DNA of 52,415 nucleotides from Octopus bimaculoides (taxonomy: Eukaryota): contig NC_068994.1 in NCBI RefSeq assembly GCF_001194135.2, forward strand, positions 30,446,592 through 30,499,006. Reading direction: 5' to 3'. Both the position numbers and the translations under genes were made by a program. Of this stretch, positions 37,019 through 48,249 are shown piece by piece; within the stretch, counting starts at the first letter, position 1, and every line of letters starts with the position of its first letter. Under the pieces are notes generated by a model. That model was not told the origin of the DNA. It searched no databases and saw only the letters and a program-made list of their open reading frames with translations.

Positions 37019-38710
37019 CGCATTCGGTAGGGTCGACCATCGGTACATGGAGGCTGTCCTCAACGCAGCTGGCTTCGGCCTCATCTTAAGAGGTTAGATC
37101 GCAGCAATGCACAGAAAGATCTCGCGATAATCAAAGTTAATGGTTACCTTTTGGAACCATTTCAGATCTCCCGATCGGTCTGTAAAAGGTACCCTCTCTC
37201 CTTTCTTCTGTACGTATTGACTCATGAGCCTTATTACGGAAGCTGAAGCTGTTGCAGGGCATCCCATATGAACTGGTACGTGGAAGGGCTGTGTCGGCTT
37301 ATGCGGGAGGCATCATCTTGATGGTGTCCAACACCTTAGAAATCGAGGTGGTCGGTACATCATTGAAGGAATATGAAAAGTTGACTGGAGCAAAACTTAA
37401 CCCAGAAAAGTCGGTAGGCTTGCAGCTCGGCACCTGGAGAGGCAAGTCCATGCCGTCCAACAGCGTCGTTGGGCGCTGGTCGGGCGGATGGACCGGTAAA
37501 GGTGCTTGGGGTTTGGTTCAGGTTAGACTTCCAGGTGGATAAGAATTGGGACGAGGTGAGGAGTAGAGTAGCCAGTCTCACCCAGAAATGGGCTGTGAGG
37601 AAGCTGTTAGTGAAAGGTCTGGTGGAGGTGGCGAATGCGTATATTGCGTCCGTCATCTACTACCGTCTGACCATCGTGCCTTGTCACCGTTAGTGTCTCG
37701 CTAAGTTGGAGCGCCTCTTCTTCAAATTTTTGTGGAGGGGACAGGTTCCGTTGGTAAGGTGGTCCATCTGCTACCAGCACCTTCTACTTGGAGGGCTAGG
37801 CATGCAGGGCTAATGATACATAGACATGCGCTGAGGCTGCGGCATCTCCAGATATTCTGCATAAAAGTTGAACAGGTGTAGTCACCGTTTGTCGAACAGG
37901 CTTTTCTCCAGCTCGTCACCTTGACTGAGCTGCACTCGTGGGTCAAGAAGAGACCCAGACAAGGTGACTGGCATCTGGAATGTTGCCAGACACTCACTGC
38001 CTTCTACCACTGCCCTCTACCAGACGGACCCACAGAGCGACGAAACTGTTCTGCACGCACTCGTCCAGTGTCCATGCATTACAGACTTGTGGAGTTATGT
38101 TGAACAGTTGTTGTTGCGTGTAGGACGGATCCGGCTATCGGCCGAGTCCATAGAGAAGTGTGACCCACCGACTTCCTTTGGCCAGGAAGAGCAGGCAATC
38201 TTCCTCTGGCTGGTAGAAGTAGCGAAAAAGGTTGTGTGGTGGACCAGATTGAAAGGACTGAAGACAGACACTTTTCTCTTCGGCCAATTCCTCATCAACT
38301 TTTTCAAATTTCACTTGGAAAGGAAGATGAGGTTGGAGAGAGAAGTGATGCCCCCCCCCCAACCAGTACTTTTGCTGAAAGGTGGGTGGATGTAGCGAAA
38401 ATGGCCCGTGTGTGTGTGGGCCTATCTAATAATGCGCTTGTAGGTTGGTAAATTTGAGGAGAGATTTACCCTTCCCGAGCACCCTCGAAGCGTCGGATGG
38501 TTCAGGATTGGTTTGGTTACTGAGCTAACCCTGGGTAGTCATCCCCTAAATTGGGGGAAAATCTCATTGTTATATTTTTTTTGTTTAATGTTTATTGTTA
38601 TTGTTTTAACTGTTTGCTCGTTGTTTTGTGTAGAAACCCCACTGTCCTCGTCTACTGTATTGTCCCCTATATGTCGGCCTTAGTGGCCAATAAATGAAAT
38701 AATAATAATT
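37019..38710 (+). mobile_element. L1/Tx1-like LINE ORF2 remnant (RT, CCHC remnant, 3' UTR)
   Basis: AFGRVDH, SAYAGG (from YADD), GAKLNPEKS, LGVWF, GGLG, DETVLHALVQC; AATAAA at 38689 and an A-rich tail. Confidence 0.88.
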
Positions 38711-38733
38711 ATTATTGTTATTGTTGTTGTTAG

Positions 38734-38826
38734 AACAAGCATGCAGCAGCAACGAGGTAACGGAGATCAATAATGGGTACAAGAATCTTACATCGGAAAT
38801 GTTTTTAATTACAAACTTTACACAAG
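38734..38826 (+). CDS. Gene B internal exon (EQACSSNEVTEINNGYKNLTSEMFLITNFTQ), symmetric phase 1 to 1
   Basis: ttgttgttag acceptor, CAAG|gtaagt donor, 93 bp, open frame, two N-glycosylation sequons. Confidence 0.62.
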
Positions 38827-39505
38827 GTAAGTTAAGTTGTTATACCTATTTTATTTCCCTTTATTCAGTTGTTGCAGCCAGATACCTTCCTTGTTACAAC
38901 AAACGTAATTCTTAGTCATGTGAAGTTGGACACGACTACAACTGTTTGACAAGCCCACTAAGAATGATGAGTAAAAGTCATTATCAATCTGTAGAATTGC
39001 CTGAAAGCTTGTAATACAATACTTCCCCAGAGAGAAGTATGGTGGTATTAAACAGGGCCACGGATTACGTCTACCACATAATTTTAGGATTGGGTCCTCT
39101 TACAATTTATGTCTAACAAATTTCTCACACAACCCTCTGGTTGATCCGATCCTCTTGTAACATATATATATACATCCAAGGTGCCGCGTACTGGGATCGA
39201 AGCGGAACTATGTAATTGTAAAGCAAACTGCTTAATCACACATCCATGCCTACACCCATTTTATTCCCTTGATACTATTTTTTTATAGAAAATGACTTGA
39301 GTGACTTCATGATCTCATGAAATATTATAGTTCATGCAATTCATAGCTGTTAATAGTGAGACATTTGTTTACAATCGCATGGACATCAATTATGCAGTAA
39401 CCGACGAATATACAAAAATCATAACGAGTCATTTACTGATATCTCCTTTTTTCCTTCCATCACTTCGAATTTGTTTCTAAGCTAGATTTTAATGTTCACT
39501 GTACA

Positions 39506-40513
39506 CAAGGTGGTCACAAAATCACGCGCCATGGGAGATATCAAGTATGCTTTATTAGCAATGGAGTAGGTAATTCATTACAAATATTCAAAGTGTTGTC
39601 CATGTAGCTCTAAACAAGTGTTCATAAGGAATATGAAATTGCAATGGCCCCTCTCAAATAGCTCTTCATTGCCGTTGACATGTTTACAGGCTTCAACAAT
39701 TCTTTGAAGAAGATGTCCTTAGTCACGAATCTTTTCAGAATACACAAAGGATTTAATGTAGCCCCAGTAGAAAAGTCCATGGGAGTTAAATTTGGTGACC
39801 GTGGTGCCCATTCAATTGGCCCGTGATGCCTGACCCATCTTGGAAAATATTCATTCAGAAAATCACGAATCTGTAATCCATAATGGGGTGGAGCCCCATC
39901 CTATTGAAACCAAACAGGATTTCCCCTTCGAAGTGAATGCTCGTGAGGCATCATCTTGTTGCTAAACATGTCCAGATACGAATCACAGAATCCTCAGAAT
40001 AAAATGATTCCAATTACTTGATTGTGCCAAATCGCACACTACACCATTACCTTGACCCGCTTTGTTGATTATCTGCCTCCATCCAGTGAGGATTGATTTG
40101 TGAGTAATATCGACAGTTGTCAAAAAGAGATAAAAAAGGAGAATGTTAACAATTTCACATATAGTCGCAGGAGTGGCTGTGTGGTAAGTAGCTTGCTTAC
40201 CAACCACATGGTTCTGGGTTCAGTCCCACTGCGTGAAACCTTGGGCAAGTGTCTTCTGCTACAGCCTCGGACTGACCAAAGCCTAGTGAGTGGATTTGGT
40301 AGACGGAAACTGGAAGAAGCCCGTTGTATATNNNNNNNNNNNNNNNNNNNNNNNNNNNNNNNNNNNNNNNNNNNNNNNNNNNNNNNNNNNNNNNNNNNNN
40401 NNNNNNNNNNNNNNNNNNNNNNNNNNNNNNNNNNNNNNNNNNNNNNNNNNNNNNNNNNNNNNNNNNNNNNNNNNNNNNNNNNNNNNNNNNNNNNNNNNNN
40501 ATATATGTGTGTA

Positions 40514-40553
<40 letters not shown>

Positions 40554-40822
40554 TGTGTGTCTGTGTATATGTGTGTGTGTCAGTGTTTGTCCCCCCCCAC
40601 CATCGCTTGACAACCGATGCTGGTGTGTTTAAGTACCCGTAACTTAGCGGTTCAGCAATAGAGACCGATAGAATAAGTACTAGGCTTACAAAGAATAAGC
40701 TCTGGAGTCGATTTGCTCGACTAAAGGTGGTGCTCCAGCATGGCCGCAGTCAAATGACTGAAACAAGTAAAAGAAAGAAAGTAAAGTATTGCATTATGGT
40801 GCGTGACTTTATGGCCACCCTG
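39506..40822 (-). mobile_element. Tc1/mariner (rosa/DD41D-like) element with 5' internal deletion and a SINE insertion
   Basis: About 28-bp imperfect TIRs CA(A/G)GGTGG(T/C)CA(C/T)AAA; WFQ*DGAPPHY..WAPRSPNLTPMDF..WGYIK with 40 residues between the last two D in this copy. Confidence 0.85.
40163..40782 (+). mobile_element. Full-length OR2-like SINE spanning a gap
   Basis: Head, core, (GT)n and 3' module match 16517 and 46508. Confidence 0.9.
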
Positions 40823-40834
40823 TATATTTTAGAA

Positions 40835-41030
40835 AGTGGCAAGCTAGCAGACTCGTGAGTACGTTGCACCAAATGCTTAATAGCATTTCTTACGGCTCTT
40901 TACAGTCTGAGTTCAAATCCCACTGTGGCAAATTTGCCTTTCATATCTTCGGGGTTGGTAAAACATAGTACCAGTCAAGTACTGGGATCAATGTTATTGA
41001 ATTGTACCCTCATTTCAAAATTGCTGGTCG
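40835..41030 (+). mobile_element. Diverged OR1-like SINE
   Basis: ggcaagctagcag..gagttcaaatcc..tttgcctttcat..tactgggatcaatg..caaaattgctgg. Confidence 0.7.
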
Positions 41031-41904
41031 TGACGCTTTCAAAGAATCGGCGTTCAGTTCCAGGGAAATGTGATCTTCGTCATTTACACGCTATGGAAAC
41101 CGATTAACTGGACTTATGAATCCTTGGGCTCGAGAAAAATATCTCTTAACACTAACCTTATTGTTTTAATCTTTTATGCTACCTCACACACACGCACACG
41201 CACTTGTTTTAATGTTCTACATCCTGTGTCGTTGCAAGAGTTGCAAAGTGTCGGAACAGATACAGCAATACCTAACAAATAATATTAAAAAAAAAGAAAG
41301 AAAAAAACAAGCAGAACGACACCTTAAGAGAATAAGGAAGAGTAAGTAACGTTACACTAGTGATACCCCAACGGCTTTTCGACTAAACATAGAGATAAAC
41401 AGTGCAATACAAATGCATATCATTGAAGAGGCATAAGCTGAAGTGAATATTCCCAGAGTAAGCTGAACTCTGAAAAGCATCTGAGATAGCATTGACTTTG
41501 TGGCATATGTCATGTAAGGTCCTCGAGAGGGTTCTGAGCGCCGACGAGAATCAACTAACAAGAATTTAGGGCCTAAGCAATTGGACAATTTTTAGAAATC
41601 TCTCGCCTGGCAGTGCTACCGGGATATTGCCAGTTCAGGATAAACTCTGCAGGCATGGAAGTGCCGTTGGTCGGACCTGCTCGAGATGCATGCAGAGTAA
41701 CGAAACTGACCTGCACACGCTTCTCCAGTGCCCGAACATTGTCGACTTGTGAAAGTACGTCGCACACCTGCGACATTGCGAAGATCGTCCCACCACCCCA
41801 TCACTTTCCTTTCGCCGAGTAGTATAGGTAGTCTGTATCACCCCTGGAGGCCTTAGCGAAAGAAGTCTGTGGTGAAACAGACTGAAAGGTCTGGAGTTGG
41901 ACAG

Positions 41905-42222
41905 TTTTTTTTATTTATGCCTCCACATCCTTGCTTTCTCTTGATGCCTCTTATATCCAGCATTCGGTTCTTAACGATGTAGACAGTGCTCACAGAAGCC
42001 ACGGCAGTTTCAACAATTCGTCTAATTCCAACCCTGGAATGAAGTAAATCGGCAATGCGTTTTCTCTTGGCTTCTTGAGTGGACAATCGTATGACTGGTA
42101 CTTCTGTTTAAACTATATAAATACCCCCACCCTGAAATAGAAAACAATATTTTAGTATTTACACTCAAGAATATATGAAAAATAGAACTTCCAAAATATT
42201 CCAAGTTTGCTTCCCTACCCTG
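41905..42222 (-). mobile_element. 5' end of a Tc1/mariner element (TIR and HTH start), truncated
   Basis: TA|CAGGGTAGGGAAGCAAACTTGG terminus; EAKRKRIADLL..VSTVYIVKNR..IKRKQGCGGINKK. Confidence 0.75.
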
Positions 42223-42225
42223 TAG

Positions 42226-42356
42226 AAGATGGTAAATGTCCTGAAAACCTGCTCAGACATTTCCAACTGTCTGACTGGTACCGAATAGATTTTCTGAATG
42301 TACCAGTGTGGACGTGGACGAATCTCATCGGATCAACTAGTTCGTTTCTAGACAGA
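42226..42356 (+). CDS. Gene B internal exon (EDGKCPENLLRHFQLSDWYRIDFLNVPVWTWTNLIGSTSSFLDR), phase 1 to 0
   Basis: cttccctaccctgtag acceptor, AGA|gttagt donor, 43 open codons in a unique island between two TEs, phase fits the previous exon. Confidence 0.65.
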
Positions 42357-42366
42357 GTTAGTATAA

Positions 42367-42617
42367 TACAGTTCTATATTTAAGAGATGAGGAATTATGT
42401 ACATTCTTTACATTATTTACATTGTCTACATTTGACGGATATTTGTCCTCATCTTGTTTGTTGTTAACACAACGTTTCGGCTGATATACCCTCCAGCCTT
42501 CATTAGGTGTCTTGGGGAAATTTCGAAACTGGGTACTCATTCCTAAGGTATTTTTCGATGTTATCATCATCATCATCATCATCAGCAGCAGCATCATCAT
42601 CATCATCATCATCATCA

Positions 42618-42660
<43 letters not shown>

Positions 42661-43103
42661 CATTATTGACTGAGAGAGTAATGCATGCCATCAAAATGAC
42701 ACTGGGGTTAAAGTATACGAAGCCCTGTATACCCACCATGACTACCCGTCTGATAAAGGTACACCAGTTATGTACATCATAACCATATCTGAGCAAAATA
42801 GTGATCTTATATCAAGATAAACAGTGCATGACCTCGCAGGTGGGGCCCAGTTAGAATTTTCTTCAAGTCGAATAGCCCATCCCGCTCAAAAGGTCCCTGA
42901 ATAAGGTTTGTTTAAGGATGTTGAACAAAACACCCATGTTTCCAAAGGTGAATTATTCAAACCCCAAAGAATTCCTCTCAACACATGGCTATGATGCTCT
43001 CCTACTACTTCTGCTCATGATCAGAGATGCACATATCATCAGCCACTAAGGGACATGCTCAACTGGTTAAGGTCAAACAACTGACAAGCATATCCGTGGT
43101 ATT
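42367..43103 (-). mobile_element. Composite repeat, copy 2 (same modules as 32135-32797), ends at a gap
   Basis: Collinear; junction microsatellite here is (TCA)n/(GCA)/(TTA)n. Confidence 0.85.
42466..42511 (-). ncRNA. Minimal type I hammerhead-like motif with one core substitution
   Basis: GACAC-CTAATGA-A-GGCTG gagggtatat CAGCC-GAAA-CG-TT-GTGTT: stems I and II intact, G5A change. Confidence 0.7.
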
Positions 43104-43412
43104 NNNNNNNNNNNNNNNNNNNNNNNNNNNNNNNNNNNNNNNNNNNNNNNNNNNNNNNNNNNNNNNNNNNNNNNNNNNNNNNNNNNNNNNNNNNNNNNNN
43201 NNNNNNNNNNNNNNNNNNNNNNNNNNNNNNNNNNNNNNNNNNNNNNNNNNNNNNNNNNNNNNNNNNNNNNNNNNNNNNNNNNNNNNNNNNNNNNNNNNNN
43301 NNNNNNNNNNNNNNNNNNNNNNNNNNNNNNNNNNNNNNNNNNNNNNNNNNNNNNNNNNNNNNNNNNNNNNNNNNNNNNNNNNNNNNNNNNNNNNNNNNNN
43401 NNNNNNNNNNNN

Positions 43413-43488
<76 letters not shown>

Positions 43489-43679
43489 CACATATGTGCA
43501 CGCGTGTGTGAAAATATGTATATATATATACATATATAACAAATCAAAAAGTGTGGCTTATTAGCAATTAGAACCTAAAAGCAAAATTAATAAAGGTCAC
43601 AAAAGTGACAATGTATTGACTAGCACCGCTTTTGCTAAAGATAAGCTATATATATATATATATACCCATTCCCTTCCGG

Positions 43680-44045
43680 TCATTTTAAAATGTAACCACA
43701 TGCGAATCGTTCGTGATTTTCTTCCTCCTTCTTCCTTTCTATTAGACTTTCCTCTGTTTCCGAAGAAGAGTGTTTGCTCGAAACGTTAAACCATCTTTCT
43801 TTCCTTCCCTGAGCGTCTGGTAATACTTTACATGTAACGACCTTGCGTTGTTTTTGTTTGTTCTTTATTGGATTTACTATATACCGCACGCTTACTTGGA
43901 CCCCGGCCTTCTGACTGACTTTGGAGTACCTAATTCGCGGAATTCTTTCTATCAACGGATTGCATTACCTTGTTTATTCGTAATACGTCATTTCTGCACC
44001 TTGACAGTGAATCATTATAATTTGTCCGTGACTCTTCCTCTTTAA
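43680..44045 (+). mobile_element. Solo PLE terminal-repeat-like fragment
   Basis: T-rich non-coding segment carrying a hammerhead-like motif. Confidence 0.5.
43756..43791 (+). ncRNA. Minimal type I hammerhead-like motif
   Basis: GTTT-CCGAAGA-A-GAGT gttt GCTC-GAAA-CG-TT-AAAC; U4C change in the core. Confidence 0.62.
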
Positions 44046-44139
44046 CTGCTAATTAAAAAAAAAAATTACATTTTGTACCCTTCCCCTTTCCCCCTTTATT
44101 TATCTTATTTTATTATATTTTCTTTTATTTCTATATACA

Positions 44140-45040
44140 CGCACACATACATACACACAGGAAAAAATATACGCACCTGCGCACACACATGAACGCATAT
44201 ATACCTCCCCCCACACACCACACACATACACACAACACACATACACGCACATACATACACATACATACATGCACACACACACATACAGACACGCACATAA
44301 TAACACGCACTTACACACGCACACACACGCACACACACGCACACAGGAATGCACATATACTCCACACGCACAACCTCACACACAACCTCACATACAACCC
44401 CACGTACAAATAAACATACACACATGCACATACACACATATGTACACACATACACACACACGTACGCACAACATATACATACACGCACACACATACATAC
44501 ACACGCACATACACGCACACACATACGCACACATACGTCACATACATACGCACATACACACATGCGTATACATACACCTACATTCACACACACGCGCAGA
44601 CATACACACACACGCACACACGTACACACAACTGTATGGACATACACATGCACACACATGCACTCACATGCACACACACTTATACATACACATACACACG
44701 CACACACATACACACATGCACACATGCACATGAGCGCAGACCCACCTTCCACACACACAACACACACAGTTATACATACACGCACACAATTACACATACA
44801 TGGGCATATATACACACGCACATACACGCACGGACGCACACGCACCCACACATATGCACACACACGCACACACACAGATGTATTCACACACACACATACA
44901 CACACGCACATACGCACATATGTACACACACACGCACACACACAGACGCATACACACTACACACAAAACACACACACACCGTATACATACACGCACACAC
45001 GTACATGCACACGCACACACGTACATGCACACGCACACGC
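44140..45040. repeat. About 900 bp cryptic (CA/TA)-rich low-complexity tract
   Basis: Degenerate ACAC/ATAC/GCAC motifs that generate His/Thr and Cys/Val pseudo-ORFs. Confidence 0.9.
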
Positions 45041-45064
45041 ATCAAACTGCCAGTCAAACACCTT

Positions 45065-45445
45065 TCTTATTTCTTTATTGCCCACAAGGGGGGACAAACT
45101 GGTACTTTTTTAATTGACCCCGAAAGAATGAAAGAGAAAGTCAACCTTGGCGGAATTTGAACTCAGAACGTAAAGACAGACGAAATAGCGCTAAGCATTT
45201 CGCCCGGCGTGCTAACGTTTCTAATTTCTTTATTGCCCACAATGGGCTAAACATAGAGGGGGACAGACAAAGGGATTAAGTCGATTACATCGACCCCAGT
45301 GCGTAACTGGTACTTAATTTATCGACCCCGAAAGGATGAAAGGCAAAGACGACCTCGGTGGAATTTGAACCCAGAACGCAACGGCAGACGAAATACAGCT
45401 AAGTATTTCGTCCGGAGTGCTAACGTTTCTGCCAGCTCGTCGCCT
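45065..45445 (-). mobile_element. Two OR1-like SINEs in tandem (full 45225-45445; second lacking its 5' end, 45068-45222)
   Basis: Duplicated tttctttattgcccaca 3' ends and gaatttgaac-cagaacg B-box regions. Confidence 0.85.
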
Positions 45446-46046
45446 TTCTACTGACCATTCCTCTACGCACACGTGAAGAAGCATACAACTACACGAAAGA
45501 CTGCCACTCCTGTTACCAAACTACTGAATTCTTCCTAAATTAAGCGACACAAAGTTCACTCACACATACACATAGAAACAGCCAAAAGCATACACACACA
45601 CTACATACACAACACATACTTTTCGGATCATGTCCACATGTGACCAAATATTTGCTACGCTTTTGGTCCCCCTGAGGTTACAGATTGGACTTGCTTTCTA
45701 TTATATATTTTCTTTGTGTCTCTCTATAGTTATTTCTTATACTTTATATTTTTATACATATATTTTTTAATATTTGTGCTGATCGGCGACACTGATAGGT
45801 TTCCATATTGTGTCTATGCATAAGTTTTTCACGTTTTACCTGAATTTTATATTTTTATTTTTATATTTTTATATTATTATATATTTTAAAATTATTTTTA
45901 TGTTTTTTACATAGTTATAAGGTTAATGGTTTTTGTAATTTTCCACATATAGTTTTTCTGTTATTCTCCCCTCCAAACTTTTTTCCGTACGCTTATAGAC
46001 ACGTACAAGGAACTTTATACGTGCGCGCTTGTGAGTGTGCGCGTGG

Positions 46047-46116
46047 ATACGTGCGTATGTAAATATATACGTGCGTATGTAAATATATACGTGCGTATGT
46101 AAATATATACGTGCGT
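46047..46116. repeat. 20-bp minisatellite (atacgtgcgtatgtaaatat), about 3.5 copies
   Basis: Direct tandem copies. Confidence 0.9.
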
Positions 46117-46257
46117 GTATGATATACGCAGCTTTAGACGCGTTTTGTCACTACACAGTAATTTCCCTTTGTTTATTTTTTCCTTTGCTTACCTCCCTTT
46201 GTTTTTAATTTCCCTTTGGGGTTAACGGTCATTTTTCAAAGGAATCTCCGGTGGCTG

Positions 46258-46319
46258 GATAACTGAAGAGATGTTGGAGTGGACCCCCTACCCTGGCATC
46301 CGAAACTCGGAGTTTTATC
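46258..46319 (+). ncRNA. Near-intact type I hammerhead ribozyme
   Basis: GATAA-CTGAAGA-GATGTTGG..CTGGCATC-C-GAAA-CT cgg AG-TT-TTATC: 5-bp stem I, 8-bp stem II with wobbles, 3-bp stem III, GUU site, one extra C at the base of stem II. Confidence 0.72.
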
Positions 46320-46507
46320 ATGGCTACTGAATAAGTGTCACATATTTTTACAGATATATATATATATTAATTTTTACAGATATATATATATATATTAATC
46401 GATATTAATTAATATATTAATATATGACTAATTACCAGATCTTATAATTATATATATATATATATATACATATATATATACATGTATGTATATATATATG
46501 TATATAT

Positions 46508-46731
46508 ACTCTTTTACTCTTTTACTTGTTTCAGTCATTTGACTGTGGCCATGCTGGAGCACCGCCTTTAGTCGAGCAAATCGACCCCAGGACTTATTCT
46601 TTGTAAGTCTAGTACTTATTCTATCGGTCTCTTTTGCCGAATCGCTAAGTTACAGAGACGTAAACACACCACCATCGGTTGTCAAGCGATGTTGGGGTGA
46701 CAAACGCAGACACACAAACATATACACACAG

Positions 46732-46775
<44 letters not shown>

Positions 46776-46938
46776 GACGGGCTTCTTTCAGTTTCTGTCT
46801 ACCAAATCCACTCACAAGGCTTTGATCGGCCCGAGGCTATAGTAGAAGACACTTGCCCAAGATGCCACGCAGTGGGACTGAACCCGGAACCATGTGGTTG
46901 GTAAGCAAGCTACTTACCACACAGCCACTGCTACGCCT
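46508..46938 (-). mobile_element. Full-length OR2-like SINE with internal (AT)n
   Basis: Reverse complement of the 40163 family from head to tail. Confidence 0.92.
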
Positions 46939-47674
46939 ATGTATATATATGTATATATATATGTATATGTATATATTTGTATATATATATGTATATATAT
47001 TTATATATATATATTTATATATATACATATATATATACATATATATATAAATAATAATAAAGGAGTTACGACGCAAAAACGTATATATTCAAATGAACAT
47101 ATTTATCTTCTTCAATATATATTTCAGTATAAAGAATTCATTAAGTGACTTAATAAATCAAAATTTCTTTACACATCTTCNNNNNNNNNNNNNNNNNNNN
47201 NNNNNNNNNNNNNNNNNNNNNNNNNNNNNNNNNNNNNNNNNNNNNNNNNNNNNNNNNNNNNNNNNNNNNNNNNNNNNNNNNNNNNNNNNNNNNNNNNNNN
47301 NNNNNNNNNNNNNNNNNNNNNNNNNNNNNNNNNNNNNNNNNNNNNNNNNNNNNNNNNNNNNNNNNNNNNNNNNNNNNNNNNNNNNNNNNNNNNNNNNNNN
47401 NNNNNNNNNNNNNNNNNNNNNNNNNNNNNNNNNNNNNNNNNNNNNNNNNNNNNNNNNNNNNNNNNNNNNNNNNNNNNNNNNNNNNNNNNNNNNNNNNNNN
47501 NNNNNNNNNNNNNNNNNNNNNNNNNNNNNNNNNNNNNNNNNNNNNNNNNNNNNNNNNNNNNNNNNNNNNNNNNNNNNNNNNNNNNNNNNNNNNNNNNNNN
47601 NNNNNNNNNNNNNNNNNNNNNNNNNNNNNNNNNNNNNNNNNNNNNNNNNNNNNNNNNNNNNNNNNNNNNNNNNN

Positions 47675-47718
<44 letters not shown>

Positions 47719-47983
47719 CAGAAAATTTTTGAATCCAGCATTTAGTAGGGAAAATAGCAGGTTTAAAATATATTTAGCATCTTTTAGCATTTTTCTCTGA
47801 TCACGATATTTCCACAATAGTTACCCTCTTTTCTTCTTTTTCCTCCTTTTCTAGTTTCTTTAATGTATCTTATAACCAATGTTTTTAGTACTATCGGCTA
47901 TTGTTGAATTTTTCTTTCACTTTCTTGAAACTTCTGATGAAAGTTTATCAAAAGGAAGTTTATCAAGTTATGAACTTTTCCAG

Positions 47984-48105
47984 CCCTCCTCCCACCGGCT
48001 TGGGTACAGAGTGGTGATGGTGGAGGGAGGGGGAGAAGATAACTCATGTCAGCACCTGAACTCACTACACAATAATGTAAATATGTTACAAAGAATGAAA
48101 GCATG
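47984..48105 (+). CDS. Candidate gene B exon (PSSHRLGYRVVMVEGGGEDNSCQHLNSLHNN..), phase 0 start; end at 48076 or 48105
   Basis: gaacttttccag acceptor, only the phase 0 frame is open, donors AAT|gtaaat or ATG|gtaatt. Confidence 0.45.
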
Positions 48106-48249
48106 GTAATTCGTCCTAACAATGCTGTATGCTGTAGTGATGAGGTTTTATCATGAAAAGTTGACTGATTTACTTTCAGTTCTGTCTGTTTTAAAATAGG
48201 CCAGCGTTTTTTCATGCTTCTTTTGGATTATATATCTTGTATAGAAGTA

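Larger units (their letters stand above)
45450..46340 (+). mobile_element. PLE 3' end remnant and terminal repeat
   Basis: REEAYNYT..EFFLN* resembles a GIY-YIG C-terminus, followed by a T-rich tail and a hammerhead-like motif. Confidence 0.5.
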
